Source: an uncultured virus (IMG/VR IMGVR_UViG_2703719318_000005) (Duplodnaviria > Heunggongvirae > Uroviricota > Caudoviricetes). Taken from it: a stretch of 20,000 nucleotides of DNA. The position numbers and the translations under genes were made by a program. The notes under the pieces are model-generated. The model saw nothing but the letters and a program-made list of their open reading frames with translations. It was not told the origin of the DNA and ran no database searches. This document shows positions 1-9,988 of the stretch, in pieces. Each line of letters opens with the position of its first letter. Position 1 is the stretch's first letter. Location of the stretch: IMG/VR virus record IMGVR_UViG_2703719318_000005. One strand, 5' to 3'.

Positions 1-2
1 AG

Positions 3-1355
3 AATGTTCAGAACTTAGGCACAGGGATTAGTCAAAGCGCTAACGTTGCAACTACAGCCTTAGGAAATTTAACAGATACCCTGAATACTAATATGGGTAC
101 ATTCTCCATAAATGCAGTTAATTACGGTATGAATACAAGTAAAAGTGTTGGTGCCGGAATAACTAACAAATCACAAGAGGTTATAGGTGCACAGCAAGGT
201 GTAACTAATACTCTAAACAGTAACCTAAGTAAATTCGCTACAGATGCAACAAGCTACGGAACGCACACAGACAGTTCTATACAGGTAGGATTGCAAAATA
301 ATTCTAATGCAATCTATACAACTGTAAGCAATATAACTTCTACAATCGGAATTCTACTACAAAGTTTTGCAAATGGATGTAATATCTATGGAACAGAAGC
401 AGTGAATTCTGTTAGTGCAGGTATTCAGCAATCAGAAAGCAATTTAACGAATATAGTAAAAGACTTAACAGATAAGGTTACAAATGCATTTAACGAAGGA
501 TTCGACGTACACAGCCCTTCTCGAAAGCTGTTTTGGACTGGTACTATGGTGGGACAAGGGCTTATGAATGGTATTCAATCTAAAAACCTTGGAGGATTTA
601 TAAAGAAATGGTTAGGCAATTTAACTGGCAATGTACAGGTTGCTGGAGGGAATATATCTTCCATACTTGCGGCTGCATTGAATATAGATGGAGAGCCTTT
701 AACATGGTTACCAGCTTTAGAAATGATAGCTTCTCGAGAAAGTGGAACTCCAGGAGTTTTAGGAACAGGAGATGCAAGCCTTGTAAATTCTATTGGTGTA
801 GGAAATGAATTTGCGACCGGACTTATGCAAATGTTACCAAGCACATTTCAGTCATATATGAAAGCCGGATTTGGGAGCATAACAAATGGTTTGGACAATG
901 CAGTTGCAGCAATTCGTTATATTGCCGATAGATACAAGACTCCGTTTGCAATTCCGAACTGGAACAATTCTTCTTACATTGGTTACGCTACAGGAACAGA
1001 TAACGCAAGCAAAGGTTGGAGACTCACTGGGGAAGAAGGTCCTGAGTGGGTATATTTTTCTGGCGGAGAAACAGTTTTAAACAACAAAAACACATCTAAC
1101 ATAATGGATAACTTTAAAGGTCTATTAAACGCAGTAAAAAACACAAAACTTTCAATACCAGATGTAAGCGGCACGCACTATAACACTACTAATAATGTAA
1201 CTAACAATAACTATAATACTCCAAGCGGTACCGGTGGAGATGTAAATATTAATCTATACAATCCTAACATATATGGATATAAGGATGTTAAAAAGCTTAT
1301 GAGAGATGCTTATAATATACAAGTCAACTACCAGCAAGGGAAAGGAGCATATTAA
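3..1355 (+). CDS. Phage tail tape-measure protein, C-terminal part with SLT lytic transglycosylase domain (5'-truncated by window edge)
   Basis: Frame is open from position 3. TMP-type motifs VHSPSR and GYATGT...GEEGPE; SLT motifs RESG...GLMQMLPSTF...NAVAAIRYI; lies directly upstream of Dit with a TAATG overlap. Confidence 0.88.
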   Translation, partial: NVQNLGTGISQSANVATTALGNLTDTLNTNMGTFSINAVNYGMNTSKSVGAGITNKSQEVIGAQQGVTNTLNSNLSKFATDATSYGTHTDSSIQVGLQNNSNAIYTTVSNITSTIGILLQSFANGCNIYGTEAVNSVSAGIQQSESNLTNIVKDLTDKVTNAFNEGFDVHSPSRKLFWTGTMVGQGLMNGIQSKNLGGFIKKWLGNLTGNVQVAGGNISSILAAALNIDGEPLTWLPALEMIASRESGTPGVLGTGDASLVNSIGVGNEFATGLMQMLPSTFQSYMKAGFGSITNGLDNAVAAIRYIADRYKTPFAIPNWNNSSYIGYATGTDNASKGWRLTGEEGPEWVYFSGGETVLNNKNTSNIMDNFKGLLNAVKNTKLSIPDVSGTHYNTTNNVTNNNYNTPSGTGGDVNINLYNPNIYGYKDVKKLMRDAYNIQVNYQQGKGAY

Positions 1356-2080
1356 TGACACCTTATTTGATTTTTAAAGATATAAATTCTTTAGATATAA
1401 AAGAACTTTATATACAAACTTTCCCTTTACCGGAGCCAGGTATTGAGACAAGACAAGTTAGCAAAATACAAGTACCTGGGCGAAGTGGAAGCTTAAGACT
1501 AAGAGAGAGTGGTATTTACGGTGAAGATACCTTTGGAGATACAGAGGTTTCAATCACTATATTGTATAGAGGTAACAATATAGATTTTATAAGCAGATGG
1601 TTACAAGGCGATGGAAAATTGATCTTAAGCAACCATACAGACCGTTACCTCAGAGCACATATAGACAATGCGATACCTATAGAAAAACTATTAGTACACA
1701 ATTTTAGAACTTTTACGGTTACTTTTACATGCTATCCATATGCTTTTTTAAGCTCTGGAGATGTGCCTTTAGAATGGACACCTACATCAAGCACTTGGAA
1801 AACAATAATTATGAATAAATACGATTTAAGCTTACCGAACTTAAAAATTTTTGGACAAGGCGATATAGGCATGAGAATAAATGGAGTAGAAACAGATTTT
1901 TATTCTGTAGATCAATATATAGAATGTGATTCTGAATTACAACAATGCTACAAAGGAAGCCAAAATTTAGGCATGAATATGAGTGGAGAATTTCCAGCAT
2001 TAAGTCATGGCAAAAATGAGATTGAATTTACTGGCAACATTCAAAAGGTAATATTAATTCCAAGATGGAGAACTTTATAG
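1355..2080 (+). CDS. Distal tail protein (Dit)
   Basis: 241 aa after TMP; VPGRSG motif, WLQGDGKLILS, FTVTFTCYPY, FPAL..GKNEI and C-terminal PRWR, all typical of Firmicute siphophage Dit. Confidence 0.85.
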   Translation: MTPYLIFKDINSLDIKELYIQTFPLPEPGIETRQVSKIQVPGRSGSLRLRESGIYGEDTFGDTEVSITILYRGNNIDFISRWLQGDGKLILSNHTDRYLRAHIDNAIPIEKLLVHNFRTFTVTFTCYPYAFLSSGDVPLEWTPTSSTWKTIIMNKYDLSLPNLKIFGQGDIGMRINGVETDFYSVDQYIECDSELQQCYKGSQNLGMNMSGEFPALSHGKNEIEFTGNIQKVILIPRWRTL

Positions 2081-2091
2081 GAGGAACGATA

Positions 2092-2499
2092 ATGAAAAAT
2101 TTTAATATTATTCAGTTATACAATGTTATACAAAAGGAAAAGTCTAATGGTAGTGTAAAGTTTAGATATGGCCTTTTACGAAATGAGTCAATAATTAAAA
2201 GTTTAATTGAACCATTAATGGCAGTTCAATTAGAAATGCAAAAAATGTTAGAACCATATAAAAAGGACTTGAATAATCTTGATAAAAATGATTCTGATTA
2301 TATGATTAAAGTTAATCAATTAAAAGAGAAATATAAAGATACTATAAAGCTTTATGATGATAAATCTAAAGAATGGGAACAAATATTAAGTGAAGATGTA
2401 GATGCCACCAAGATATTTGAGATAAGTATAGATGATGTCCCACAAAATATACAAACTGAAAGTATGGAAATACTTTTATTCTGGGGAATTTTAAAATAA
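2092..2499 (+). CDS. Hypothetical helical phage tail-region protein (135 aa)
   Basis: RBS AGGAGG at ~2079-2084 favours ATG 2092 over 2065; charged, helical composition; lies in the tail operon. Confidence 0.65.
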   Translation: MKNFNIIQLYNVIQKEKSNGSVKFRYGLLRNESIIKSLIEPLMAVQLEMQKMLEPYKKDLNNLDKNDSDYMIKVNQLKEKYKDTIKLYDDKSKEWEQILSEDVDATKIFEISIDDVPQNIQTESMEILLFWGILK

Positions 2500-2514
2500 G
2501 GGGGGGAATGGACC

Positions 2515-3456
2515 ATGTTTTACGGATATTATTCGCTAAATTTGGAATTTAACAAGTCTATAACTGGACTTCCAGATGTAAAAACCTCAGACCATAAATC
2601 AAGAGGACTAGATATAACAGTAATCAGTAATGGAGTTGTACAGAATACAACAGGAATGATTTTATGGTGTAGTGGAAAAACACCAAATGGTCGTACAGTT
2701 ACACAACAAGCAGAATTGGAGGATGCTAGTGTAGGGCATTACATGCTTACTTTCCCTGATTCTATGTTAAATAAAGTAGGAGAAGTTAGCATTGAGTTAA
2801 CACTTATAGATGGAGCTCAAACTCTTAGTACAAATACAGGAACTATCAATGTAATAGAAGCGGTAACTTCATTTGAAGATATGGAAGATGATCCTAATTA
2901 TCCATCGTTGCTAAAGGCTATGAATATTATCACTGACATGAAAGCACAAATTGCAGCAATGCAAACTCAAATAGACAGCTTGGAAAAGTTTGAGACAGGG
3001 TGTATTGTTATGTCACCAGTGGCTTTGGACTCACGTTTTTGGTTACCTATGGATGGTAGCATTACAGATTTGACTAACTACCCAGCATTAAAATCAATAT
3101 ACCCAAATGGATTGCCAAACATATCTGGAAAAGTTCCAGTACAAATAGATAGTTCACAGGCTGAATTTAATACTCTTAATCAAACTGGAGGAGAAAAGGT
3201 GCACACTTTATCTACTGCAGAAATACCAAGCCACACACACCAATCCTATATTTACACTTCGCAAAGGGAAACACCAGCACATTACTGTTTGGTAGTACAA
3301 GGCTATGGTGGTAATTATGGATTCACCGACCGTGTAATGATATACAACAATGGGTTAACACCACAGGATGGCTATATCTGTTCAGTAGGCGGTGGAGCTT
3401 CTCATAACAATTTACAGCCTTATTGTGTTATAGGAAAATTTTATGTTCACATATAA
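2515..3456 (+). CDS. Baseplate upper protein (BppU-like N-terminus) fused to a tail-collar/fibre-like C-terminus
   Basis: N-terminus resembles BppU_N (SDHKSRGLDITV...GHYMLTFP...GEVSIELTL). Coiled-coil linker, then collar/fibre motifs GLPNISGKVPV, GGEKVHTLSTAEIPSHTH and GGGASHNNLQPY. G-rich RBS upstream. Confidence 0.75.
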   Translation: MFYGYYSLNLEFNKSITGLPDVKTSDHKSRGLDITVISNGVVQNTTGMILWCSGKTPNGRTVTQQAELEDASVGHYMLTFPDSMLNKVGEVSIELTLIDGAQTLSTNTGTINVIEAVTSFEDMEDDPNYPSLLKAMNIITDMKAQIAAMQTQIDSLEKFETGCIVMSPVALDSRFWLPMDGSITDLTNYPALKSIYPNGLPNISGKVPVQIDSSQAEFNTLNQTGGEKVHTLSTAEIPSHTHQSYIYTSQRETPAHYCLVVQGYGGNYGFTDRVMIYNNGLTPQDGYICSVGGGASHNNLQPYCVIGKFYVHI

Positions 3457-3461
3457 GGTAG

Positions 3462-6400
3462 GTGAGACTTTTGATAATACTTTATGATAAAAATAAGACC
3501 AATGGATTTAATAGAAATGATTTAGTTCTCCATAATGTAACCAAATGTGATGTTACATGGGAGAAAAACGGACAATTTCAAATAGATTTGGTATATCCAA
3601 TAATCCAAGGTGATACTGCATGGCAACAAATAGTTAAGGGTGCAATTATAAAATGTCCTGTAGCATATCAGCAGGACCAGTTATTTAGGCTTAACACTCC
3701 ATCAAAAAAGATGGACGAAAACAGCGGATATTTTTACTTGGAGATAACCGGCTATCACATTACTTACGACCTCAACGACAATTTTCTTGAAGATGTTAGG
3801 CCAACCCAAAAAAGTGGTATTGAAGCAGGACGATATATTTTAGCCAATACACAATACTCACATCCCTTTAGATGGGTAGGGGATATTACAGATATAAACA
3901 CAGCCTATTATATTAGAAAGAACCCAATAAACGCTCTTATAGGTGATGATGATAATTCTTATTTAAGTCGCTGGGGCGGAGAGCTTGTAAGGGACAATTT
4001 TAATATTGGTATGTACAAGCAAGCAGGGCAAAACAGGGGAATAGTAATACGATATTCTAAAAACTTAACAGGATTTGAACAAACTGGAGACGACAGCAAC
4101 CTTATGACAAGGTGTTTACCTTATTGCACCATAGATACATCTTCTACGGATACTACAGGCACAACAACCACAGCAGAGACTAATACAGATGAAGACTTAA
4201 AACCAGTGCTGAAACTTCCTGAAAAGTATATTGACAGTCCTTTGATAAGCAATTATTCGCACCCATATGTAAAAGCAGTTGAGGTGCAGCTTACGACAGA
4301 CCAGCAAAAACTTACGGATGAACAAAAATATACGGTAATGCGTAATTATGTGGCTGATTTATACAGCAATAAGCACGTAGATGTGCCAGTATATAGCTAT
4401 AGCGTAAACTTTATAGACCTTGCTAATACAGAGGAATATAAAGAATATGCTATATTGGAAGAAGTCAAACCATATGACTATGTAACTGTAAAGGCTTTAG
4501 ATGTAGATGTAATTGCAGAACTTGTAGGATATACTTTCAATAGCTTAATTAAGCAATATAACACCCTAACTCTTGGCAACATACAGAATGATATTATAAG
4601 GCACAATCAAAAGTCTTTATTTCAAATCAGCAAGCAGAACGAGCAAAGCATAAGGATACTACAAGCTCAAATGCAAGATGTACCTAATAGTATGCTAGAT
4701 ATTGTTACTCAAACAACAAGCGGTGGTAATAACTTGTTTGACCACTCTATATTAGAAGATAAATATACAAGTGAATGGACTAATAACGGTGCGAGTGTGG
4801 TTTCTGATAACACTCTTCATGACACCGACAAAGTGTGGGAACTTCCGGCGGGTGCAAATGTAACAAAGCAAGACATAATTCTTAACCCTGACAGTTATAA
4901 AGGTCAGCAACTTACTTTCAGCTTAAGTGCTAAATATAGTGGATTAGATATAACATATGACAGCAGTTTAGGGGCTGTTAGTTCAGCTAAACTAGGAAGT
5001 ATCTCAATTAAATATAAGAAGTGTTTAGCTAACAGTATAGCAGGAAATTGGATTACTAATGGTAATACAGGTATTATTACGGATTATATACCTATAGATG
5101 CTGGAAAAGCTTTTACGATATCTAATTCAGAAGGCTACGCTTACAAGTTGCTTGCGTATGACAGCAGTTATAATTTTGTAGAAGATTTTACGTCTAGTAC
5201 ATCAACCCCAAATTATCCTTTTATACGAGTAGAAATAGATAAATCGAATATGTATCCTGAGTCTATAACAGGATTTAGTATATATGAGAATACAGAGAGA
5301 GAATTTCAAGACGTAGCATATTTGTATGCTGATAGCGTAAGTAGTGATTGGAAAGTATGTTCAACTACATTTGCACTGGCAACGGCAAATTCAAGTGATG
5401 TAATTACTCATGTGAATTTTACAGCTTCAAATGAAGATAGTTCTGGGACTATTTATGTGGCTGGCTTTATGCTGAACACCGGAACTGTACGTTCTGATTA
5501 TTCCCAAAGTAGTAATGATACTGTACAAACACTAAGAGTTCATGAAGTAATAACTGATTATGTGCAGTCCAAGAAAGCTGACATAGATAATCTACATGCT
5601 GCTTTAATAACTGTAGATGATTTACAAGCTAAAAGTGTTGAAGTTGATAATTTAAAGGCTAGTGTAGGCGAATTTATAAACTTAGATACTAACACCTTAA
5701 AGGCTCAAATTATTACTGCCAACAATATAAAAACTGGTACAATTACAGCAGATAGTGGAATTATCGCAACTGGTGCAATCCAAACTGCTCAAATAGCGGA
5801 TGGTTCAGTAACAGATGAAAAAGTTGTAAGTATGACAGCAAATAAATTAACAGCTGGTGAAATTGATGCGAGTAAAATAGAGGTTATTAACTTAAACTGT
5901 GCAAGCCTTACAGTTGGAACTATTAACGGACAGCAGATTTCTAAAGGGGCTATAACAATAGATAAGCTAGAAAGTTCTATTGGAACAGCCATTGAAAGTG
6001 CACAGGGGAAGAGTAAAAATTTTTATGGAGCTGATATACCTTCTAATCCATCTAAAGGCGACTTATGGATGAAGCCTGTTGATGGTGGAATAAAGCCACA
6101 ACAATGGGATGGCAGTTCTTGGGTTGATATGACAGATATAACAGCAATTAAAGCACAGGAGGGACTAAATAATTTAAGTGTTGGGGTTAATAACTTAATT
6201 AGGAATGGAGATTTTAGTCAAGGCGTAAAACCAGGAACTACAGCACCTTATTATTGGGGATTTTGGGGACCAGAGAGTCCAGAGGTTTTTGGCTCACAAG
6301 GAGTAGCTCCTTATAATCTACCACGCACACTTTATATTGGGCATAGAACAGTTAATAGTGGTATATCTCAAGATGTAACAAATTTTGTGAAACCCAATAC

Positions 6401-8369
6401 AACTTATACTGTACTTTTTAGTTCGCACAAGGAGGGTGTAGATAATGTATATACTCAAATAGAATATTATGATAGTAATAGCACTTACTTGAGTGATAAT
6501 GTTTTTAGTTATAACTATTCAATACCTGATACGCTTCAGTGTTTTACATTCACTACTCCAAGTAATTTTGGTAAGGCACTATTTGCTCATGGTGGTACTG
6601 CTCAAATATGGCAGAGTGGTTATTTAACTACATTAGGAAATGTAACACTTGTAGAAGGCAATAAAGCACCAAGTGGATGGGTGCCAAATCTAGCTGATAT
6701 GGAGGATGCCAGCTTTTTAAGAACAGGAACAATAAATGCAGATAGAATTGGAGCTAATTCCATAACCGCAGATAAACTTGTGGCTGGAAGTATAACTTCA
6801 GCAAGTGGCGTTATAGGTGCTTTAGATGCAGGCGCTATTACTACAGGTGTAATAAATGCAGAAAGACTAGGAGCAGAGACTATTACTACAGATAAGATTT
6901 ATTGCAATGGAAGTTTAAACAATGTTGCTCTTAATGTAAATGTTAATTATTCATCTGGCACTCAAAGTTCAGGAGGTATGTGTGCTCAAGGGCACCTTAG
7001 TACTGGAGTGTGGGGAGTTACTCAATACCCATCTACAGCCATAGTAGACTTAGGTGGGGAAATAAATCAAATTAGAGAAATTTCATTTGACACGTTCTTC
7101 CCAACAGATGGTCGTTACATACCTAAAAGTTATTTATTACAAGGTTCTACTGATGGTACTACTTGGACAACTATTGCAGATGTAACTGACTTTATACCAA
7201 CTAGCGGTACTTTTATACGTCATGCCTTATATGGAGCTTTTAGGTATATATCTTTAATAGTAAGAGCACCTCAAGATAATCAAAGCTCTGTTAATATATC
7301 TAACTTTAAAGTTATGTGTATGCAAGGTGGTACTATAATAGATGGCAATATGATTTTAACAGGTTCTATAGAAGCAACCAGGATTCATGCTAACACCATT
7401 ACAGGAGATAAGTTAGTAGAAGATGCAATTACGGCTAGAGAAATAGCTTCTAAAACTATAACCGCCAATGAAATAGCGAGCAATACAATAACGGCAGATA
7501 AAATACAGGCTGGTACACTTACAAGTGCTAGTGGAGTTTTTGGCGATATAAGTGCAGATAATATAAAAACAGGAACTTTAGATGCAAGTATAGTAAATGT
7601 AACTAATTTAAATGCTAGTAACATTACTAGCGGAACTATTACAGCAGACAGGATAAATGGTGGTACTTTAACTTTGGGTGGTGGAAACAATGGTAATGGA
7701 CTAGAAATTGTTAAAGATGATAGAGGACTAGAAATTGTACGAGTGGATAACAACGGATTAACCATTACAATGCAGTTAACTCCAGATGGCTATGGATTAA
7801 ATCGGGCTTTTGAAATAAAAGCTTATAATGGAGATGTACTAATGACAATAGATGGTCAAGGACAAATGAACTACTATGGTGCTATGGCTGTACGTTCTCT
7901 TGAAACTACTGGAAATATGATTACTTATGCAGATGGTAAACAGGCTTTGAAAACAGCAAATGTTATTGAAATGTCTGTAATAAATGACGCTAACAATGAT
8001 AATTCAACATATTTAGCAGTAAATACCTCATTACACAATAGAGGTATACAGTCTTGGATATCTGATATAAGATTAAAAGAAAATATAAAAGACAGTGAAG
8101 TTGATGCTTTATCAAAGATATGCGCTATAAAGTGCAGACAATTCGATTGGAAAGAGAGTCATACCCATCAAGACTTGGGTGTTGTATCACAAGAGCTTAG
8201 AAAAATTGAACCTACAATGGCTTATGGAGTTAAACAACCTGATGATAGCCTACTTTATCAACCAGATGAGTCTATACTGATACCCTATTTAATTAAATCT
8301 GTTCAACAGCTTAAACAAGAAATAGAAACCTTAAAAACTGAAATATCACAATTGAAAGGAAGTATATAA
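3462..8369 (+). CDS. Tal-type tail spike/fibre: prophage tail endopeptidase-like N-terminus, carbohydrate-binding-like modules, discoidin-like domain, ITADKI-type repeats, C-terminal peptidase S74 intramolecular chaperone
   Basis: N-terminal EKNGQFQIDLVYP, QLFR, RWGGELVRDNF and IRYSKNLTG. NNLIRNGDF...EGNKAPSGWVP module; VDLG...STDGTTW...FRY discoidin-like module. SDIRLKENI autocleavage motif at 8061, followed by a terminal coiled coil. Confidence 0.88.
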   Translation: MRLLIILYDKNKTNGFNRNDLVLHNVTKCDVTWEKNGQFQIDLVYPIIQGDTAWQQIVKGAIIKCPVAYQQDQLFRLNTPSKKMDENSGYFYLEITGYHITYDLNDNFLEDVRPTQKSGIEAGRYILANTQYSHPFRWVGDITDINTAYYIRKNPINALIGDDDNSYLSRWGGELVRDNFNIGMYKQAGQNRGIVIRYSKNLTGFEQTGDDSNLMTRCLPYCTIDTSSTDTTGTTTTAETNTDEDLKPVLKLPEKYIDSPLISNYSHPYVKAVEVQLTTDQQKLTDEQKYTVMRNYVADLYSNKHVDVPVYSYSVNFIDLANTEEYKEYAILEEVKPYDYVTVKALDVDVIAELVGYTFNSLIKQYNTLTLGNIQNDIIRHNQKSLFQISKQNEQSIRILQAQMQDVPNSMLDIVTQTTSGGNNLFDHSILEDKYTSEWTNNGASVVSDNTLHDTDKVWELPAGANVTKQDIILNPDSYKGQQLTFSLSAKYSGLDITYDSSLGAVSSAKLGSISIKYKKCLANSIAGNWITNGNTGIITDYIPIDAGKAFTISNSEGYAYKLLAYDSSYNFVEDFTSSTSTPNYPFIRVEIDKSNMYPESITGFSIYENTEREFQDVAYLYADSVSSDWKVCSTTFALATANSSDVITHVNFTASNEDSSGTIYVAGFMLNTGTVRSDYSQSSNDTVQTLRVHEVITDYVQSKKADIDNLHAALITVDDLQAKSVEVDNLKASVGEFINLDTNTLKAQIITANNIKTGTITADSGIIATGAIQTAQIADGSVTDEKVVSMTANKLTAGEIDASKIEVINLNCASLTVGTINGQQISKGAITIDKLESSIGTAIESAQGKSKNFYGADIPSNPSKGDLWMKPVDGGIKPQQWDGSSWVDMTDITAIKAQEGLNNLSVGVNNLIRNGDFSQGVKPGTTAPYYWGFWGPESPEVFGSQGVAPYNLPRTLYIGHRTVNSGISQDVTNFVKPNTTYTVLFSSHKEGVDNVYTQIEYYDSNSTYLSDNVFSYNYSIPDTLQCFTFTTPSNFGKALFAHGGTAQIWQSGYLTTLGNVTLVEGNKAPSGWVPNLADMEDASFLRTGTINADRIGANSITADKLVAGSITSASGVIGALDAGAITTGVINAERLGAETITTDKIYCNGSLNNVALNVNVNYSSGTQSSGGMCAQGHLSTGVWGVTQYPSTAIVDLGGEINQIREISFDTFFPTDGRYIPKSYLLQGSTDGTTWTTIADVTDFIPTSGTFIRHALYGAFRYISLIVRAPQDNQSSVNISNFKVMCMQGGTIIDGNMILTGSIEATRIHANTITGDKLVEDAITAREIASKTITANEIASNTITADKIQAGTLTSASGVFGDISADNIKTGTLDASIVNVTNLNASNITSGTITADRINGGTLTLGGGNNGNGLEIVKDDRGLEIVRVDNNGLTITMQLTPDGYGLNRAFEIKAYNGDVLMTIDGQGQMNYYGAMAVRSLETTGNMITYADGKQALKTANVIEMSVINDANNDNSTYLAVNTSLHNRGIQSWISDIRLKENIKDSEVDALSKICAIKCRQFDWKESHTHQDLGVVSQELRKIEPTMAYGVKQPDDSLLYQPDESILIPYLIKSVQQLKQEIETLKTEISQLKGSI

Positions 8370-8370
8370 A

Positions 8371-8655
8371 ATGGAGTATACAAACATTCAAAATTCAACA
8401 AAAGATGGCTTGAGTGAGGTTTTAAAAATACCTGTAAGAGCTTATGACCTTAATGGTAATCACACTGACTTAGGTGTGTTGTATAGTGAAATGGCCGTGG
8501 TAGAACCTGATCTTGCACATAAATATCCTGGACTCGAAGATTACATGCCTAATGAAAGTGCACTTTTTAGCTATTTCATAGATTCAATTCAAAGGCTTAA
8601 TGGAAAAATAACTAGTTTAGAATCAGAAATAGCAGACTTAAAGGCATCCAAATAG
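8371..8655 (+). CDS. Stand-alone paralogue of the S74 tail-fibre chaperone domain, lacking the SDxRxK cleavage motif
   Basis: Aligns by eye along its length with the last ~97 aa of the upstream protein: NIQNS/NIKDS, DGLSEV/DALSKI, HTDLGV/HQDLGV, VEP/IEP, YMPNES/YQPDES, and the coiled-coil end. Confidence 0.75.
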   Translation: MEYTNIQNSTKDGLSEVLKIPVRAYDLNGNHTDLGVLYSEMAVVEPDLAHKYPGLEDYMPNESALFSYFIDSIQRLNGKITSLESEIADLKASK

Positions 8656-8673
8656 GTGTCTATTTTTATTTTT
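8642..8673 (+). terminator. Putative intrinsic terminator between tail and lysis genes
   Basis: AGGCATC-caaata-GGTGTCT stem (two G-U pairs) followed by ATTTTTATTTTT. Confidence 0.5.
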
Positions 8674-8686
8674 AGGAGGTAATAAA

Positions 8687-8944
8687 GTGAGTGAGAATTA
8701 TGACAAAGAATTATGTGAAGAGCACCACAAAGTTATAAATGATAAACTTGATCTGCACAATTTGAGATTGAACGAACATAGTGACAGACTTAAGAAATTG
8801 GAGACAAGGTCCTCCGCAGTTGATGAAAAAGTTGAGAATCTATGTGAGCAGTTAAAAAATTTAGTCAGCACATTAAAATGGGGTTTTGGTATATTAGTTA
8901 CCATTACCCTTTTTGTTTTGGGATATTTAATAAAAATAAAATAA
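8687..8944 (+). CDS. XhlA/haemolysin-like holin-associated protein
   Basis: 85 aa; AGGAGG RBS with GTG start; coiled coil (RLNEHSDRLKKLE) plus one C-terminal TM helix (TLKWGFGILVTITLFVLGYLI); immediately before the endolysin. Confidence 0.8.
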   Translation: MSENYDKELCEEHHKVINDKLDLHNLRLNEHSDRLKKLETRSSAVDEKVENLCEQLKNLVSTLKWGFGILVTITLFVLGYLIKIK

Positions 8945-8957
8945 AGAAGGGATCAAA

Positions 8958-9938
8958 TTGAAAAATAAAATAATAAGTTTAGTAGTAGCATTTACTTGTG
9001 TATCTGCTACTTTTTTTATGCCCAAAAATGTACATGCTCAGACATATAAGGGTATTGATATTTATGAATATGACAACATACAGGATTGGAACACTGTAAA
9101 GAATAGTGGGGTTTCTGTGGTTATACAGAAGGCCACAGAAGGACTATATCATAATGATAGTTTACTCAATTATAGATACCCTAAAATAACTAGTATAGGA
9201 CTTAAAATTGGCTATTATCACTTTGCAAACAATTCAGGAGATCCTGTAGGTGAAGCACAACACTTTTTAAGCAGAATACAAGGACTTCATTCAGACACTT
9301 GCTTATGGTTGGACATAGAAAATCAACCAAATTGGAAAAAACAACAGGCTATAGCTTATACAAATCAGTTTATATCTTATGTACAGAGTCAAGGTTATAA
9401 AATAGGGGTTTACACAGGTTTAAGCTTCTATTATGAATACCTTCAAGGGAATATACCTAGTAACATTCCTTTATGGTTAGCAAGCTATGGACGACAGCCT
9501 TTACAGTATCCAAGCTTAGTAAGTTGGCAGTATTCAGAAAGTGGAAACTTACCAGGTGTTGTTGGGAATGTAGATACTGATTATTTCAATGACAGCATTT
9601 TTACAGGACAAGCACCTAATAGTACAAGTACTGCAACTACCAAAACCAATATAGATACATCCATATCAAGCCTACAAAATGAATTAAATAGACAAGGTTA
9701 TGGAAATTTAAAAGTGGACAATATTGCAGGAAGAAGAACCTTATCAACATGCCCAACAGTTCACAAAGGTTCAAGAGGGAATATAACTAAGTGGATTCAG
9801 CAAAGACTTGGAGTTACTGCAGATGGCATAAATGGGTACCAAACTCAAGTAGCTATTAAAAATTTTCAAAGAGCACAGGGGCTATATTTAGATGGAATAG
9901 TTGGCAAAAATACATGGAGAGCATTACTAGGACTATAG
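8958..9938 (+). CDS. Endolysin: GH25 muramidase with N-terminal signal peptide and C-terminal PG_binding_1 domain(s)
   Basis: GH25 motifs GIDIY, KATEG, GYYHF, WLDIE, WQYS and VDTD; C-terminal IKNFQRAQGLYLDGIVGKNTW; N-terminus MKNK + hydrophobic stretch + VHA|Q. Confidence 0.92.
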   Translation: MKNKIISLVVAFTCVSATFFMPKNVHAQTYKGIDIYEYDNIQDWNTVKNSGVSVVIQKATEGLYHNDSLLNYRYPKITSIGLKIGYYHFANNSGDPVGEAQHFLSRIQGLHSDTCLWLDIENQPNWKKQQAIAYTNQFISYVQSQGYKIGVYTGLSFYYEYLQGNIPSNIPLWLASYGRQPLQYPSLVSWQYSESGNLPGVVGNVDTDYFNDSIFTGQAPNSTSTATTKTNIDTSISSLQNELNRQGYGNLKVDNIAGRRTLSTCPTVHKGSRGNITKWIQQRLGVTADGINGYQTQVAIKNFQRAQGLYLDGIVGKNTWRALLGL

Positions 9939-9988
9939 AAATATAGTTCTTTTTAATATAAAAAATATAATTTTGGAGGTAAATATAA

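Noticed and set aside
575..2000. Short alternative-frame or antisense ORFs (575-844, 608-808, 886-1080, 983-1174, 1809-2000)
   Set aside because: Fully inside well-supported TMP/Dit genes, with no recognisable motifs; shadow ORFs.
7698..7738. 14-bp direct repeat GGACTAGAAATTGT (GLEIV twice)
   Set aside because: Small in-frame duplication within a repetitive fibre; no evident separate function.
5789..7765. Antisense ORFs 5789-5992 and 7385-7765
   Set aside because: Mirror the repetitive Ile/Thr/Ala codons of the tail fibre.
3462..8655. Diversity-generating retroelement or invertible shufflon acting on the tail fibre
   Set aside because: No reverse transcriptase or invertase, no inverted fibre-tip copies, and no near-identical TR/VR pair seen; the chaperone duplicate is too diverged.
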